Positions 25,006 to 39,377 of a stretch of DNA of 64,000 bases are shown piece by piece. The stretch lies in the NCBI GenBank assembly GCA_951406725.2, contig OX597816.1, positions 122,140,001-122,204,000 on the forward strand, written 5' to 3'. This DNA comes from Octopus vulgaris. Lineage: Eukaryota. A program made the translations under genes and the position numbers. Each line of letters begins with the position of its first letter. Positions within the stretch are counted from its first letter, which is position 1. Below the pieces are notes generated by a model, which worked only from the letters and a program-made list of their open reading frames with translations, was not told where the DNA came from and did no database searches.

Positions 25006-26544
25006 GTCTGTTTGTCTGTCTGTCTGTTTCATATATATATAATTGAAATTTATAAAAAAACAAAAGACGGAGACAGGTGTATGAGCAACAAGCAGGTGTT
25101 TTAGTTTGCCACTCGGGAAAATGAAAAAGTCTTTTGCGTTTCGAGCCAACGCTCTTCAGCAAAAAGGAATAAGAGAAAATAAACAGAGAGAGTAAGATAA
25201 AAACCTGTAGATTTAGCGATCAAGTATGACATATATATATAGGAGGTCGCCAACAATTACACATTAAGTATATATACATATCACTAATTTGAACAAATAC
25301 TGCTTCCATCGCTAATAATGATTTTATATTTTGACAGAAGGCTAGCAATAATATGTGAAGGGTAAGTGTATTACATCAACCTCAGAATATAACTGGTACG
25401 TATTTCATCTACCTTTTATGGATAAAAGGCAAAATCAACCTCGGCAGAATTTGAACTCTGAACCTAAAACCTAAATGCTACAAAGCATTTTGTACAGCAT
25501 GCTAACGATTTTTGCCAGCCTTCCACCTTCTTCCGTCTCTAACAATGAGATTTTGTTCAGCCTGCCAGCTAAATGCGATATCATTGGCCATTCAATCATT
25601 ATTTAACTATATCAGATAGCAGCTGATGTTTGATTGCTGGAAGTGGTGACGTAGATAATTGCTGCTGCTGATAATTGATTGCGTTTTTAACAAAATACAT
25701 CTGTGATAGGTAATTTCTCAAGGCAAATAGCACAGTTTATAAAGTTTTCAACTATTCAAACTTTGAAGTATGTAAACATACACACACACACGCACGCACA
25801 CATAGACACACACTCTCATATATATATATATACTTCCAAATTGAAGGAGTGGAACACGTAAAATCCGTGCTACATATGTTCCTAGCTAGCAGATCCTTTG
25901 ATGCAATGAAGGGTGCTCAACTAGCTACCGATCAAGTCGAAGATATCTTAATTATATGAAGGTTACATTGTCGTTAAGGGATCCCAACTCGCCGAAGATA
26001 TAATTTGAAATGAGTGTTGAATCCTGAAGGACAGAGTAAAACAAAGAAACAAAAAAACAAATAAAAAACAAATGTTTGAAGAAACAAAATGGTCAGTAAA
26101 TAAGAAAAGGTAAAGAAGAGGTCAAATATATAGGAGTGGGGAATTCTCTGAAGTTGTTAAGAATATTGAAAACGAGGGGGGGAGGGAAAATTTAGTGTAG
26201 ACGGTAGCTGACTTTAGGGAAAAGGTCTTTGCAAATATTAAGCTGGGATCACTTCACTAGGTCAGAAATCAATGGAGTAACGCCACAGCCGTTCACCACG
26301 TCCCACGAAGTTTCGGACTCAGAAGTCAGCTATAACATATACATACACATCATATATACGTATAATGCATACATATGTATATGTTATATATATACATACG
26401 TACCCCACCGCACACACACACATATTCGTACACAGTACTGTATATCCGGTTTCTTAGAATAATTGCATCATGTCCGTAGGTTTGGTCATGTCGATTTCAA
26501 ACAACCTCACTCTCTATTTTGTGAATTTAATATGTTGACCCTAT

Positions 26545-26772
26545 ACTCTTTACTCTCTTTTACTCTTTTACTTGTTTCAGTCATTTGACTGCGGCCATGC
26601 TGGAGCACCGCCTTTAGTCGAGCAACTCGACCCGGAGACTTATTCTTTGTAAGCCCAGTACTTACTCTATTGGTCTCTTTTGCCAAACCGTTAAGTGACG
26701 GGGACATAAACACACCAGCATCGGTTGTCAAGCAATGCTAGGGGGACAAACACAGACACACGAGCACACACG

Positions 26773-26847
<75 letters not shown>

Positions 26848-27012
26848 GACGGGCTTCTTTCAGTTTCCGTCAACCAAATCCACTCACAAAGCATTAGTCG
26901 GCCCATGGCTATAGTAGAAGACACTTACCCAAGGTGCCACGCAGTGGGACTGAACCCGGAACCACATGGTTGGTAAGCAAGCTACTTACCACACAGCCAC
27001 TCCTGCGCCTAT
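26545..27012 (-). mobile_element. SINE family A, full length, young
   Basis: Complete head, (CA)n(TA)n linker, body and (GTAAAAGA)n tail. Confidence 0.9.
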
Positions 27013-27337
27013 GTGTATGTTAAAAAAATAAACTCAGCATTTTCGGATAATCAGGAAATTTCATTTCGGAATGTACATTCTGTACACATTCATGTACACA
27101 GGCACATATAAAAACATGTACACATTTGCATAAAGTAACACAAAAGCGCACGTGCACGCACACCTCACACGCACGCACACAAAACGTATAAAGAGATGGA
27201 GAAATCTGGAGGAAAAAGTAACAAGATAATGTAATGATTATCTCCAGTGATTTTTTATATTTAAATCGAAATTTAAGTAGACGCTGATGCTCTCCACACT
27301 GTCTCCACTGAATGATAGATAATGCTTTGCATTATAT

Positions 27338-27568
27338 ATTTCTTTACTGCCCACAAGGGGCTAAACATAAAGGGGACAAACAAGGACAGACAAACGGATT
27401 AAGTCAATTACATCGACCCCAGTGCGAAACTGGTACTTTATTTATAGACCCCGAAAGGATGAAAGGCAAAGTCGACCTCGGCGGAATTTGAACTCAGAAC
27501 GTAACGACAGACGAAATACCGCTAAGCATTTCGCCCGGCGCGCTAACGTGTCTGCCAGCTCGCCGCCT
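27338..27568 (-). mobile_element. SINE family B, full length
   Basis: Reverse complement begins ggcggcgagctggcagacacgttagc, contains a B box, and ends gtgggcagtaaagaaata. Confidence 0.88.
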
Positions 27569-28079
27569 CATGCTTTGCATTATATTCACTGGAGAGATAT
27601 ACAATATTTATTGTTAGAAGTGGTTTGTAATTACTGAAATATGAATAATTAGACACTTCAAAGTTTGTCACTTGTACTGGAAAATGTATTGTACTGATGT
27701 GACTTACAATTGGAAGAGAATGTTACTCAATACTAATATGAAATTGATTGAAAAGATATCAATGAACCGCTTTGATATCAACACACCTGTGACCACCCTT
27801 AATTTTATGATACAAGCTTCCTACTTTAAATTTATCTAAATTAAAACCTTTCAGGAATGTTTCATGTTTATTTACTTTCCAAATATTAGGTTAATAACGA
27901 CACGAAGTTATTTTACTAAATTCTTTATTTTTTAAATTAACGGAAACAAATAGAGTTGCATGTATCGCTTGTAAGCGAAATGACTGACTGTTAGGAATTG
28001 CTGCAGGATTTTGAAAATGAGAGGGTATTTGTAAGATAACCTAAATTGAATTGAACTTTAACTGAAATGAAGACGCAAA

Positions 28080-28300
28080 TGTAATGAAATGTTATATTAA
28101 TTGATAATCATAACTTTGAGCGATTGGTTTGAAGTAGAAGTTTGACCTAAAGCTGAATGAGAACGTATCAAAAATTTGAAAGGTCTGCCCGAAGAGATGG
28201 GAATAGGTATTGAATGGCAAGAACTGGAAAACGATGGCTGGAAATGGAGTAGAATATATTTCCTCTAAAGTTATGAATAAATACTATTGCAACAATCACG
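28080..28300 (-). pseudogene. Possible Helitron Pif1-helicase remnant
   Basis: Frameshifted RFPVL...GQTF resembles the helicase motif QFP...AMTINKSQGQT. Confidence 0.35.
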
Positions 28301-28884
28301 AGAGAATCATTGTGTATGAATAGAGTGTAGTGGTATGTTCTTTCGAAAACTGGAAGAAACCGTCATTGGAAAGTTGAAAGGACTGGCTTGAAGAGACCAA
28401 AATATGTTTTAAAAGAAATGCTATGCATTTCCGATCACATAATGAATAATTGTTATAACTATAATGAACAAATGTGAAGTATAGCGTCAAACGCTGAAGA
28501 AAGGGGTTTCAGTTGTGATAGTCCTGTTTGTTTTTATATCACTATCTAAATATTAATATGCTAAGGCCCAATGCATTGCGCTGTGACATGATTAGTTGAA
28601 GGGAGAAGTGAAGATTGAGATAAAAAGAAGCAGAGGGAAGTGTTAAGTAATAGCTATTAGTAGTTAAAAAGTTAGTTGTAGGGCGGGATATATATAGAGT
28701 GTTAGAAACACAATGTTTAGCAGAAGTGCGAAGTTCTTGTAGTGAAGTTAAAGTAGTGTAGATAGATAGAGAGAGAGAGAGAGGGGGTGGGCAGTTATAT
28801 TAAGAGGTCAAATATATAGGAGTGGTGAATTCTCTGAAGTTGTTAAGAATAATGAAAACGAGGGGGGGGAATTTAGTGTAGACG

Positions 28885-28945
<61 letters not shown>

Positions 28946-29546
28946 AAGTGAGTGTTGACTGAAAGGAACGTAGGTATGGAAAGCAGTTACTTGGTCTTTA
29001 AACGTAGTATAATAGAATATTGTGAGAGACGATAAAAATAAAAGTAAAGTTGTTACAGGTTTTAGTGTTCAACCGTTTCTATCATATATCTTCAATCTCT
29101 CCATATATCTATGTGAATAGGTTGATTAATTGACGGGTAGAAGATAGAAAGATAGAAAGATGGGTGGCTAGATATATCAACACATAGGTCAATCAAAGTG
29201 AAATAGCCGTAGCAAATAGCTGAGGGTGTCACTTTTATCTTTTTATGTGTAGAATCCTTAAAGGCCGAGGCCATGCAATTATCTAATTTATTTTTGCTTT
29301 GTGTTATTTGGTTTCAATGTTTAGCCGTTTTTTTTTTGGAACAGACACCTACACCAAGAGAAATGTAAGTAGAATATCATAGATAGACAGATAGAGCATT
29401 CCTTCGGTATTGGTATATAAATACAACAAGAGGCTTCCAAAAAGGAAAGCCTTGTGCTAGAAAGAGCAGTAGAAAGCTCAAACCAACAATTAAGGATAAA
29501 TTCTCGAAAGGAATGAAAATTAAAAAAGGTTTAACATCTCAATTAT

Positions 29547-29618
29547 TTCCCAGACCATGGTTTCTAACTATTTCCAGCAAAAAAACATTTGCTGAAGGCC
29601 AGTCTTCATCAGTGGGAA
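29547..29618 (-). ncRNA. Type I hammerhead ribozyme
   Basis: Reverse complement: ttccca-CTGATGA-agact..ttcagcaaa/tttgctgga..agtta-GAAAC-catg-GTC-tgggaa. 6-bp stem I and palindrome ACCATGGT. Confidence 0.82.
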
Positions 29619-29742
29619 GCCTTTGGATTTCAGATATACATACAGCCAGATCCACATGTAAAACTAACTGCCTGTATATCCTAACTTTTCAGACCACTGC
29701 GCAGACGCAGTGTTCGATATATAAATATAAATATAAATATAA

Positions 29743-29798
<56 letters not shown>

Positions 29799-30244
29799 GT
29801 ATATATATAAACAGAGAGGGATAAATTAGATAGATAGTTAGATAAATAGATATATTTATTTATTTTTTTGTTGGCTGATTGCTCCTTCAATACTGACTAT
29901 GTGGATTTTTACGTCTCAAGGATATAAAAAAAAAATATAGTTTCATCATACAGTTTTCAAAATAACCGTGCAATTCCCACAGTTGCTACTAGCTTATGTT
30001 ATTTAACTTACTCTCTACTCAAGCCGGTAGGCATAAATAAAATGTATTGGCTGCTACTTCCAGTATTTCAAAAGACTAAATTTTTGCGAAGTGTTTTGAG
30101 CGATCTTGTCTCTCTATATCTTTCCTTCCGTTTCCGTTTATGGTTTGTATGTATGTATGCATGCATGTATGTATGTATGTATGTATGTATGTATGTATGT
30201 ATGTATGTATGTATGTATGTATGTATGTATGTCAGGTCATCTGT

Positions 30245-30870
30245 GCAGTCTCTCATGTTTACTGCTGGTAATATGGAATCCAGTACAACCTGTTGCAAGA
30301 TCATATCATCGGTGACTAAACCGGCACACCCTCTAGATTTGCCAGGTGAGAAGGTTTGCTAGAAACCCAGCAGAACTAAAAACAAGCCGTCAAACGAACG
30401 GATGAACCTAGTGTAAGTTCAACATCTATCTAGCACAGACCCTCAGAAATTTCGGGTTGGGATCCAGCGTGCTGGAAAGCCACTGGGAGTGAGGCTCCCC
30501 ACAGTTTTTGTTAAAGAATGTCTCAAGGAAAAGGTCAATCTGATATAAAGGCAGATTTGCAAGGAATGACGTTGGACATTTTGCTTTGCACGTGAGATCA
30601 TGGTGCTATCCCATTCCTGAAGCGGCGATATATATTGACACTGGATATAACGCCCAGCTTGTCTTTAGATCATGTGAATGAGGTGGGGAGGGTCTGTGAG
30701 GCGTTATGAAAGCCTTATTGGAACCAAAAGTTTAAGTTGTGCAATCACCGCTGTGGTGACTATCCTATACCTGGTCGTGTAGAAAGAGGCCGCGGCGGGC
30801 TAGGAAGCCGAGGGTGCGAATCCGGGTGAAGCTGATTGTTGGTGCAATATCTTCGTGTACAGACATTACT
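30245..30870 (+). mobile_element. Non-autonomous RTE-derived element (sister of 7430-8067)
   Basis: Shared blocks ccagtacaacctgttgca...gactaaaccg and ttattggaac.aaaa.ttta.gttgtgcaatc.ccg. Confidence 0.6.
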
Positions 30871-31045
30871 GACACTTCGCATGGGAAATGGTGAGTGATG
30901 GTTTTCTCCAAGAAGAATCAAAGAGTCCATTTTCATTTCGCTCACGAACATGTCGTTTGGATAGAAGAACAGACTGAATAATATTCTGAGAGACCATTGA
31001 GGGAAAGTCGGAAATGCTATTGACAGCAATTACGCAAAGGAGACG

Positions 31046-31193
<148 letters not shown>

Positions 31194-31239
31194 GAGAGAG
31201 AGAAAGAGAGAATGAGAGAGAGAGTAAGAAACGAGTAAA

Positions 31240-31583
31240 TACCCACATCGGTCATGAACGATCATGGGATTGCACCTACAAAGTTACACTCCGAGGCACC
31301 GGTCCGGGCAAGGTTGATTATAGAAGAACAACAGTTGCCCATACATCATATCAGCCTCCCCTCTATACGCCACCAATGTTATCCAAAAGAAAGGCAAAGT
31401 CTGATACAGCTTGGCACCAGTGACGTCGCAAATCATTCCTACAGCGGAATGAACTGAAGCAACATGCAATAAAGTGTCTTGCTCAAGAGCACAACACACA
31501 GCCCGGCCCGGCCCGGGAATCGAACTCATTACCTGATGATTGTGAGCCCAACGCTCTGACCAGTGAGCCATGCGCCCTCACCA
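31240..31583 (-). mobile_element. tRNA-derived SINE with conserved core and RTE-like tail
   Basis: Reverse complement head gcgcatggctcactggtcagagcgttggg...gagttcgattccc, then core ttgagcaagacacttta. Confidence 0.75.
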
Positions 31584-31713
31584 TATATACGCACATGCGC
31601 GCACACACACACACGCACATATACCTACAAACGTACATATACATATATATATATATACACGCATACATATGTTTGCATATAGAAATACTCTCTCTCACAC
31701 ACACACATGCACG

Positions 31714-31777
<64 letters not shown>

Positions 31778-32152
31778 CACGAGTGTGTATATACATGTAT
31801 GATTGTATGCATTTATTTACATATATAGGCGTACATGAATGGATGTATGTGTTTAGGTATATATATGTGCGTGCATATATGTATAAAAGTCTTTTTCTAT
31901 GAATGCATGAATGTAAATGCATATTTAGATGGTGTTTCAGATTAGACGTACCACATCTTATTGGAGATAAAAAAAAACCTAATACTTTTTTCCTTTAGTG
32001 GTCTTCTTGTCTTTCATACAACAAAAAAATACGATGTTAAAAAGATATTTCAAAATCTTAATGTTTTTACATTTTTGCTCTTATCTGCTATAATCTTATT
32101 GTTTCCTATCAGTTATGGGCTGCTTAAAACAAAACTCCGCCTACGTATAAAC

Positions 32153-32183
<31 letters not shown>

Positions 32184-33083
32184 TGTATGTATGTATGTAT
32201 GTATGTATGTATGTATGTATGTGAGTACGTATGTATGTGCGTACGTATGTATGGATATAGATGTTTGGTGTATGTGTGTATGACTGCAGGTTTCTATGCA
32301 TGCTTGTGGATGTTGCTGTTTGTAAGTAAAGTCTTACAATGAATATACTAGAAAGCAAGAAAAAATTGTAACAATAATGAAGAAAAATGTGTTACCAATA
32401 TGATATGACAAGCAGCATTATTAGATGGAAAATTTCTTGTGTTTATTCTGTTCAATGGTCTATAGAAAGTATCAAAAGAACATCAATGTTCGAGATTAAA
32501 AAAAGTGCTAATACGATGCATTACATTGGATCCATTACTTTAAAAATGTAATGCGTCTAATTGCCTTAACAAGATTTTCTTTTTACATGTGACACATTAA
32601 AATTTGGGAGACATGAAAATCAGATTTGTTTGCAGAATATTGGCAGCTTGAAAATGAAAGGAATGTACTTGAAAAGCCTGTCGATGTTATTTCATATCAT
32701 TGTTGGTAGATACGCGTGGGAGGAATTGAAGGAAATAGGAACATAAGGAAGAGCTCTGATATTAATTAATATTAATTGTTGTTAGTGACATGGGTGCAAA
32801 TAAATGGTCGATATAAAATTAGATGAGAACGTAATTGAATGTTGGAAGGACTAAGTGAAGAAGTAAAAATATACATAGAAAACGAAAAATATATAAAAAA
32901 AGGGAGAAAATTGAATTTCATCAAAGGAATTTGCAGAAAATATATTTTAAATAACGTAATAAATAATTAGTAGCAGTACTCGAGGTAATTCCGCAGTTAT
33001 TTTGAAATCTGTAAAATGGTTAGTTTACAGATAACCATGAAACATACGTACATACATACGTGCTCAAGCACGTGCGCACATAC

Positions 33084-33141
<58 letters not shown>

Positions 33142-33981
33142 CATTTATCAATAAATACAAAAGTATAAGTACATTTATATTTATAGATCTCAAGAGTTCT
33201 TGTGAAAGGAGAAAGGGGTATGAGAAAACGTGGTGATTACAGCTGTGGTCGTATCAAAAATGTCGGTACGTTTCATAGTGTTTCATCTCACCTTCACATT
33301 CGAGTAACTTTTCGCTCTCAACTTCATGTTTTTTTCTACATGTTTACTTAAAATTCACACGCTTTCTAAGAAGCAAGCTTCTTTGAAACATCCGACTAGC
33401 TTTCTTTCTCTTTTCCCTCTCCCTCACCCTCTCCCTTTTCACTTCTACTCTTTGACGTTTCAGCAAAACCATTAATGCTACCACTGCCACCATCATTTAT
33501 AACTATCATTACCTTTTTATGTTTTCTACATTTTAATCTCCCCTTTTCTCACACATATACAACGACATCAACTCAACTGCACGTATGAGTCAGTGTGCAT
33601 GTGCACAAAAAACAAGTGTGATTATGGAAGTAACTATATATTTGTACTGACACATATGTTTTACTTTCTTGTATTTTTATTCTCCTTATACTAATTTTTC
33701 TTAATTACTCCCTGACTGCATCTATAACTTCGCAACAGAATCTGTCCCTTGGCATTTCTGCCCAACAGCTTAAACCTACGGTCACTAACATGTATTAAAT
33801 CCGAGCGAAACAGAGTTCATTTACATGAACTGGCTAGACGCTTCCGCACCGAGGGATGCACAGCAACTAGGTGTATATTTTACCGCCTGCGAAGGATCGA
33901 TGCAGGATGTGTCGAAACGATCGTCGTGAGCAATAAAGTTTCCGGTGTATTCCACCTCCCGTCTCTATCATTTGTTTTACA

Positions 33982-34028
<47 letters not shown>

Positions 34029-34457
34029 GTGTGATAGTTTTGTAAGGCATGTGTGTGTGTGTGTGTGTGAGCGTATGCTAATTGAGGAAGTTTAATCACT
34101 GTGTACGCATACTGCTAAGAAAATGAGAACTCTAAATAGTATTTATTTCGGGAATTGGAAAGATTAAATATTTTTCAATTCGTTACTTTGATTCCGTGTT
34201 GCATACATTGGATGCTGTTTGTAATAGAGGAAATTCGTGGTTCGCTGTCTAGGAGAGGTTGAAGGCGTACTGGGGTGAAGTGCTATTGGAGGTCTGAAGT
34301 GGCAGGTGCATATACGAGGGTGTCCTTGGTGAGTGAGCAGTGGCTAGGCAAACAATGTGTTGTCAGTGAAAGGAGATTAAAATCCGATTACTGGGTTTAA
34401 TAAGTATTTTGGGTGATATTGAGTGGTACGGTAAGTGATTGGCTTTTAATCGATATA

Positions 34458-34538
<81 letters not shown>

Positions 34539-34806
34539 ATGCGCGCAATGGCCCAGTAGTCAGGGCAGGGGACTCGCGGTCGTAAGATTAACAAACTCCA
34601 AACATACCTAAATTCCATATATATAATCACAACGAATGCGAGAAAGTTCTCCCAAAAAGTTAAGGAATTGTTAAAAAAATTCTCTACACCCAAGTTAACA
34701 AAGAACTTACTAGAACTATGAACTAAAATTGATATTATTAAAGAACTAAAAAATAATAACCAACAGTGATTAGAACTACCAGTGAAGTCATTCTTTTTCT
34801 TTTTTC

Positions 34807-34968
<162 letters not shown>

Positions 34969-35673
34969 ATATATATATATATAATATAATTTAGTGCACA
35001 ATATATGGGTTTTACTAATCCTGTGGTACTTACAAAAAGCTCTATTAGTGGACCAAGCTACAAACCACATAGTAAACCAATACATTGGGGTGTAATGTAG
35101 AGTCCAATGACAATGAAGTTCAGTAAATCCAATCAATGAAAATTATTTCATGAGAAGTATATAGAACAGAAAGAAAGTTAGGAGGTATGAGATTAATATA
35201 TTTATTTCTCCAGCTGATATCTATAAGATTACGATTGTTTCGTTGCTAAAATGATGGAAAAATAATTTGTTTTAGTGTATAGTATATTATTTTACATGTC
35301 TGCACTAGTCTATGTGTTATAAAATATTAGCTTGTACATTTTACAAGATAATGTATGTGTACAAATCTAGCTCTTCAAATCCACGCAGTTTCATGATTAC
35401 ATCCATTCTTCGACCTCAATATACACATACAAAAAGTCATCATCGAAATATTAATGTCTACCTTAATATTTCAAAGATGACGCATATAACTCATCGTTAA
35501 AACTGAATCCTATTTTAACTCGAGGTCTGAAATTGTTGAAACGTATAACAAACAGTTCGGTAAGTAAAAACAGTGTTATTAAACTTTACCGCGACGAAAA
35601 GACTGGAATTTGTAACGTAAGGCAGACTACCTTGATCTTGATCATCTCGGTTTTATTATCTGGATAAAGAGTT

Positions 35674-35745
35674 AGTTCTATGGTGTAAATAGCTAGCACC
35701 CTGGATTTGAAACCAGGAATCCGAGTTCAAACTTCGGTAGAATTT
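35674..35745 (+). tRNA. tRNA-Gln(TTG)-like sequence, probably a pseudogene
   Basis: AGTTCTATGGTGTAAATAGCTAGCACCCTGGATTTGAAACCAGGAATCCGAGTTCAAACTTCGGTAGAATT aligns with metazoan tRNA-Gln. The acceptor stem pairs 7/7 (one G-U). D loop GG is lost and the anticodon loop is irregular. Confidence 0.7.
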
Positions 35746-35845
35746 AATTCTTAGTCATTCAACTTTTAAAAATGAAATTAAATACATTATAAAGATCATT
35801 GTCTGAAGCAAAATGTCTTTGTACCGCATGAATTTTAAGAATAAT

Positions 35846-36092
35846 AAAGTTTATTTGCTAACATAATGTGGCAGTCCTGACTAGGACCTTGTTACTACTT
35901 TTTAACCCCAGGAAAACATCTTTTCCAGCTGGTTTGTCGACACCTGAAGACACACACACACACATGAACACACAGAGAACACACGCAGATCATGTATCGA
36001 TAAGCCAGCTGGAAAATATCTTTTCCAGGGGTTAAAAAGTAGCAACATAGTCTTAGTCAGGACTGCCACATTATATAAGCAAATAAACTTTA
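35846..36092. repeat. Foldback repeat (about 95-bp arms), same family as 52493-52621
   Basis: aatgtggcagtcctgactagga...ccagctgg mirrored as ccagctgg...tagtcaggactgccacatt. Confidence 0.85.
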
Positions 36093-36657
36093 CTATTCAG
36101 TAGTTACTACATAGACCTCAAACAGTTAATTTTAAGAATGAATCCACGCTATTTTAATGCTGTTATACATAAATGCATACACAAATAAATATATACATAC
36201 AGTCAATATTCCTGTAGGTACCTGTATTCCATCATAATTTAAATTTTTCATGCTTATTCTTCTGACAGTTGAATTTGACATAACGATGATATCACCAATA
36301 GAAGTGTTAAGACAAGTGTGGGATGGTTCTTGGTATAATATCAAATATCTTCCTCCGTTATTGCATTTCATATTTTAAGTTGGTAATATTCATATATTGT
36401 TTCACTATTATCTCTTTGTCTATCTTGAACATAGTAGATCTGTGAATTAAACATTAATATATTAATGTTATTGTCAATTTATACAATGACATTCTTATAA
36501 ATTTATTGTCTAACCTCTCAGGTGGAAATACAGCCAAATCTATATTTTCAAAGCAATGAAATAATATAATATAAACTTTAACACACATGTCCGTCATAGC
36601 AGACACAAATATACAAATTCAGTAACTAGACCCGCATACACATAAGTGTGTGTGTGT

Positions 36658-36698
<41 letters not shown>

Positions 36699-36903
36699 CG
36701 GTGTGTGTGTGTGTATACAGTGATGCAGTGGTCTCTAGCATTTACATGATACAGAAAATGCTTATTTTTTATTTTGTTACAATTTTGAATGTATTTTTCA
36801 ATTCTATATTTGGTGTTTCATAGTAAATATCGCCATCCATCCATCCATCCATCCATCCATCCATCCATCCATCCATCCATCCATCTATCTATCTATCCAT
36901 CTA

Positions 36904-36961
<58 letters not shown>

Positions 36962-37006
36962 TATGTGTGTGTGTGTGTGTATGTGTGTGTGTGTATAGTA
37001 TAAAAA

Positions 37007-37305
37007 GTAGTGGGTAAGGTCAAAACAATGCGAAGTAAATGCAAGGTAAATCGCAAGAAACAAATATGTGAATTAATGTAAACTTACCTTGTCTTCAATA
37101 TTTCGGGGTTTTGACCCCATTTCCAAGAAATTGACGAATGTTACCGATGTGTCTGTGTGTGAGCACATAGGCAACATTCGTCAATTTCTGAAAATGGGAT
37201 CATAACTCCGAAATATTGAAGACAAGATAAGTCTACATTAATTCATATATTTGCTTTCTTGTGATTTACCTTGCATTTACTTCGCATTGTTTTGGCCTTA
37301 CCCAC
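37007..37305. repeat. Foldback module (about 140-bp arms) with degenerate outward HHR-like cores
   Basis: gtgggtaaggtcaaaacaatgcgaagtaaatgcaaggtaaatc is mirrored at 37263-37305. The right arm has ctgaaaa-tgggatcataactcc-GAAA-tatt-gaag. Confidence 0.85.
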
Positions 37306-37671
37306 GATCTTTTACACAATATGTTTTACACCATGCTTCATAGTAATTATCCCATTATAATATATACATATAATATATAGATACATATATATATATATAT
37401 CTACTTCATGTATTTATATATATGACAATTTATAATAAACACACACACACAAATATACAAGTTTATCAAGTCTATACATGCATTGTAATAACGTATTATA
37501 GTGTATATCTACATACTTATCACCCAATAGTGTGTTACAACGATTGTAAGCAATGTGTCTATATAATATGTTCGTGAGCAGAAAAATAGGGAATATTTGT
37601 ACATACGCATTTCGGCTCTTGTTTAAATCTTCACCAGCAACTAACTACTCTTTAACTATCTAACGAACACA

Positions 37672-38806
37672 TCTCTCTATATATAAACGGCAGTTTGTCT
37701 GTCTGTGTGTCTGTGTGTCTGTCAGGTTCTACCCTCACCCTGATCACGGCTTTCAACCGATTCTGATGAAACTTGACACACACATAGCCCAATGTCATAA
37801 TTCAAAACTAACGCAGCGAAAATTTTGCAAAGTTCCCCCAGTTCTGAAAAAATCGATAAAATCGACATGGGGTCGAGAATCTAAGCTTTTTTATATGCAA
37901 CACATTTTCTGTTGTAGTTTTCGCAACTTGCAATCGATTTTCACCAAACTCATGGTGAAGCTTAATGTTACCCTAAGAAACTTAATTCTGACGTTAGTTT
38001 TCCATGCAATACCTTACCATAAAAAAAAATCGATAAAATCATGCCATTTTGGGAAATCGCGTTCAAATTCAAGATGACATATTTTCGACAATATCTTTAA
38101 CAAATTGGCAGTATCTTTTTTAAAAATTCACAGCGAGCATTATGTCTGCTCCAAGGAGCTATATGGCCCTTTTTATTCCAATAGGATACTTTATTACTGG
38201 AAAAAATCGGTTAATTAAATCATATGTGACACACATAGCAAACCGATTTGTCTAGGGGACGCAACTCGACCTTTTTAACTCGGAACACGTGGGGTAAGTA
38301 TCCCAAAATGTATAAAAATGTACAAAAACGGCAAAAAGGCGGGCATCAATGTGAGTGACAACAACGAAAAAGTCAAAAGTGACCAAACTGAACAAACGAA
38401 TGGAAAAGGTTTTTTGGTGCACACGACAAAAGCGGTTTATAACAAACCAAGAGTTTGCAAGTACGTCGAGGACCCTTAGGGTACGTCAAAAATTTAAGGT
38501 AAAACGTTTGGGGTGGTAGTTATAAAGAAAGTGTAAACAAAAAAAGTATTCGAATAACTTGCGGCTGCAGCAGCTATTAGCAGAAGTGGCGGTGTTGGGG
38601 GTAAAGTCTCGAATGTAATTTCTTCCTGGTAGGAATTGGTTAGGTTGAATTATCGATAGCTGTTTGATAGTTATTTGGGAGTGAAGAGAAGACATTGCAA
38701 CCTACACATGCGCCTTTGTTCCCTAGAGGGAAAGGACTAGATTGGGATTAGTCGTTGCCTACTAGGGGCTCTTACATACCCGGGCAACGCCGGGCTATGC
38801 TGCTAG
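37672..38806 (+). mobile_element. Non-autonomous Helitron
   Basis: A|TCtctctatatataaac start, internal (TGTC)n, 3' hairpin cccgggcaacgccggg and CTAG|T end. Confidence 0.85.
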
Positions 38807-39242
38807 TTGCTTATAAAGTTTTAATCGGGAGTTAAGTAAATTGAATCAACCCATCACATAATGAAAGCTACGGCTTTAAAACTGTTCAGACTTACCCCTC
38901 CTTCGTATTTCTTATTGAAAACGGCTAAAGAGCTAAAAATGCTGCGTCTGGAAATCCGACAGAGGGCAAGACTGGGCGGCTATAGTGTTTTATTAACCTT
39001 TTAACGTAAGAGAGAATTCTTTCTCCGCAGTAACGCAACTCCAGTGAAATTGTCTTTACAAATTGAAATATGTTATAAGAATATTCTAACTAACGTAAAT
39101 TTCGCTTATTCCTAAACACTGCTTCACGTTGTTACAGGTGAACACACACACACATACACACACAATATACGTTATACGTTTTAATTTGTGCTGAAGCACC
39201 GCATTTTGTCGAGCAAATCAATCCCAGAACTTATTCTATTAT

Positions 39243-39299
<57 letters not shown>

Positions 39300-39331
39300 T
39301 CCTCTGTATATTTATGTATATTTATATGTAT

Positions 39332-39377
<46 letters not shown>

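Noticed and set aside
26108-28887. About 90-bp repeat at 26115-26207 and 28802-28888 considered as LTRs
   Set aside because: No TG..CA ends, primer site or internal gag/pol. More likely fragments of a dispersed repeat.
32350-33040. Possible R4/Dong-like remnant (also 29945-30140 and 43700-44065)
   Set aside because: Only faint motif traces, too decayed to support.
36220-36440. Minus-strand exon-like segment with apparent acceptor and donor sites
   Set aside because: All three frames contain stops and no protein is recognisable.
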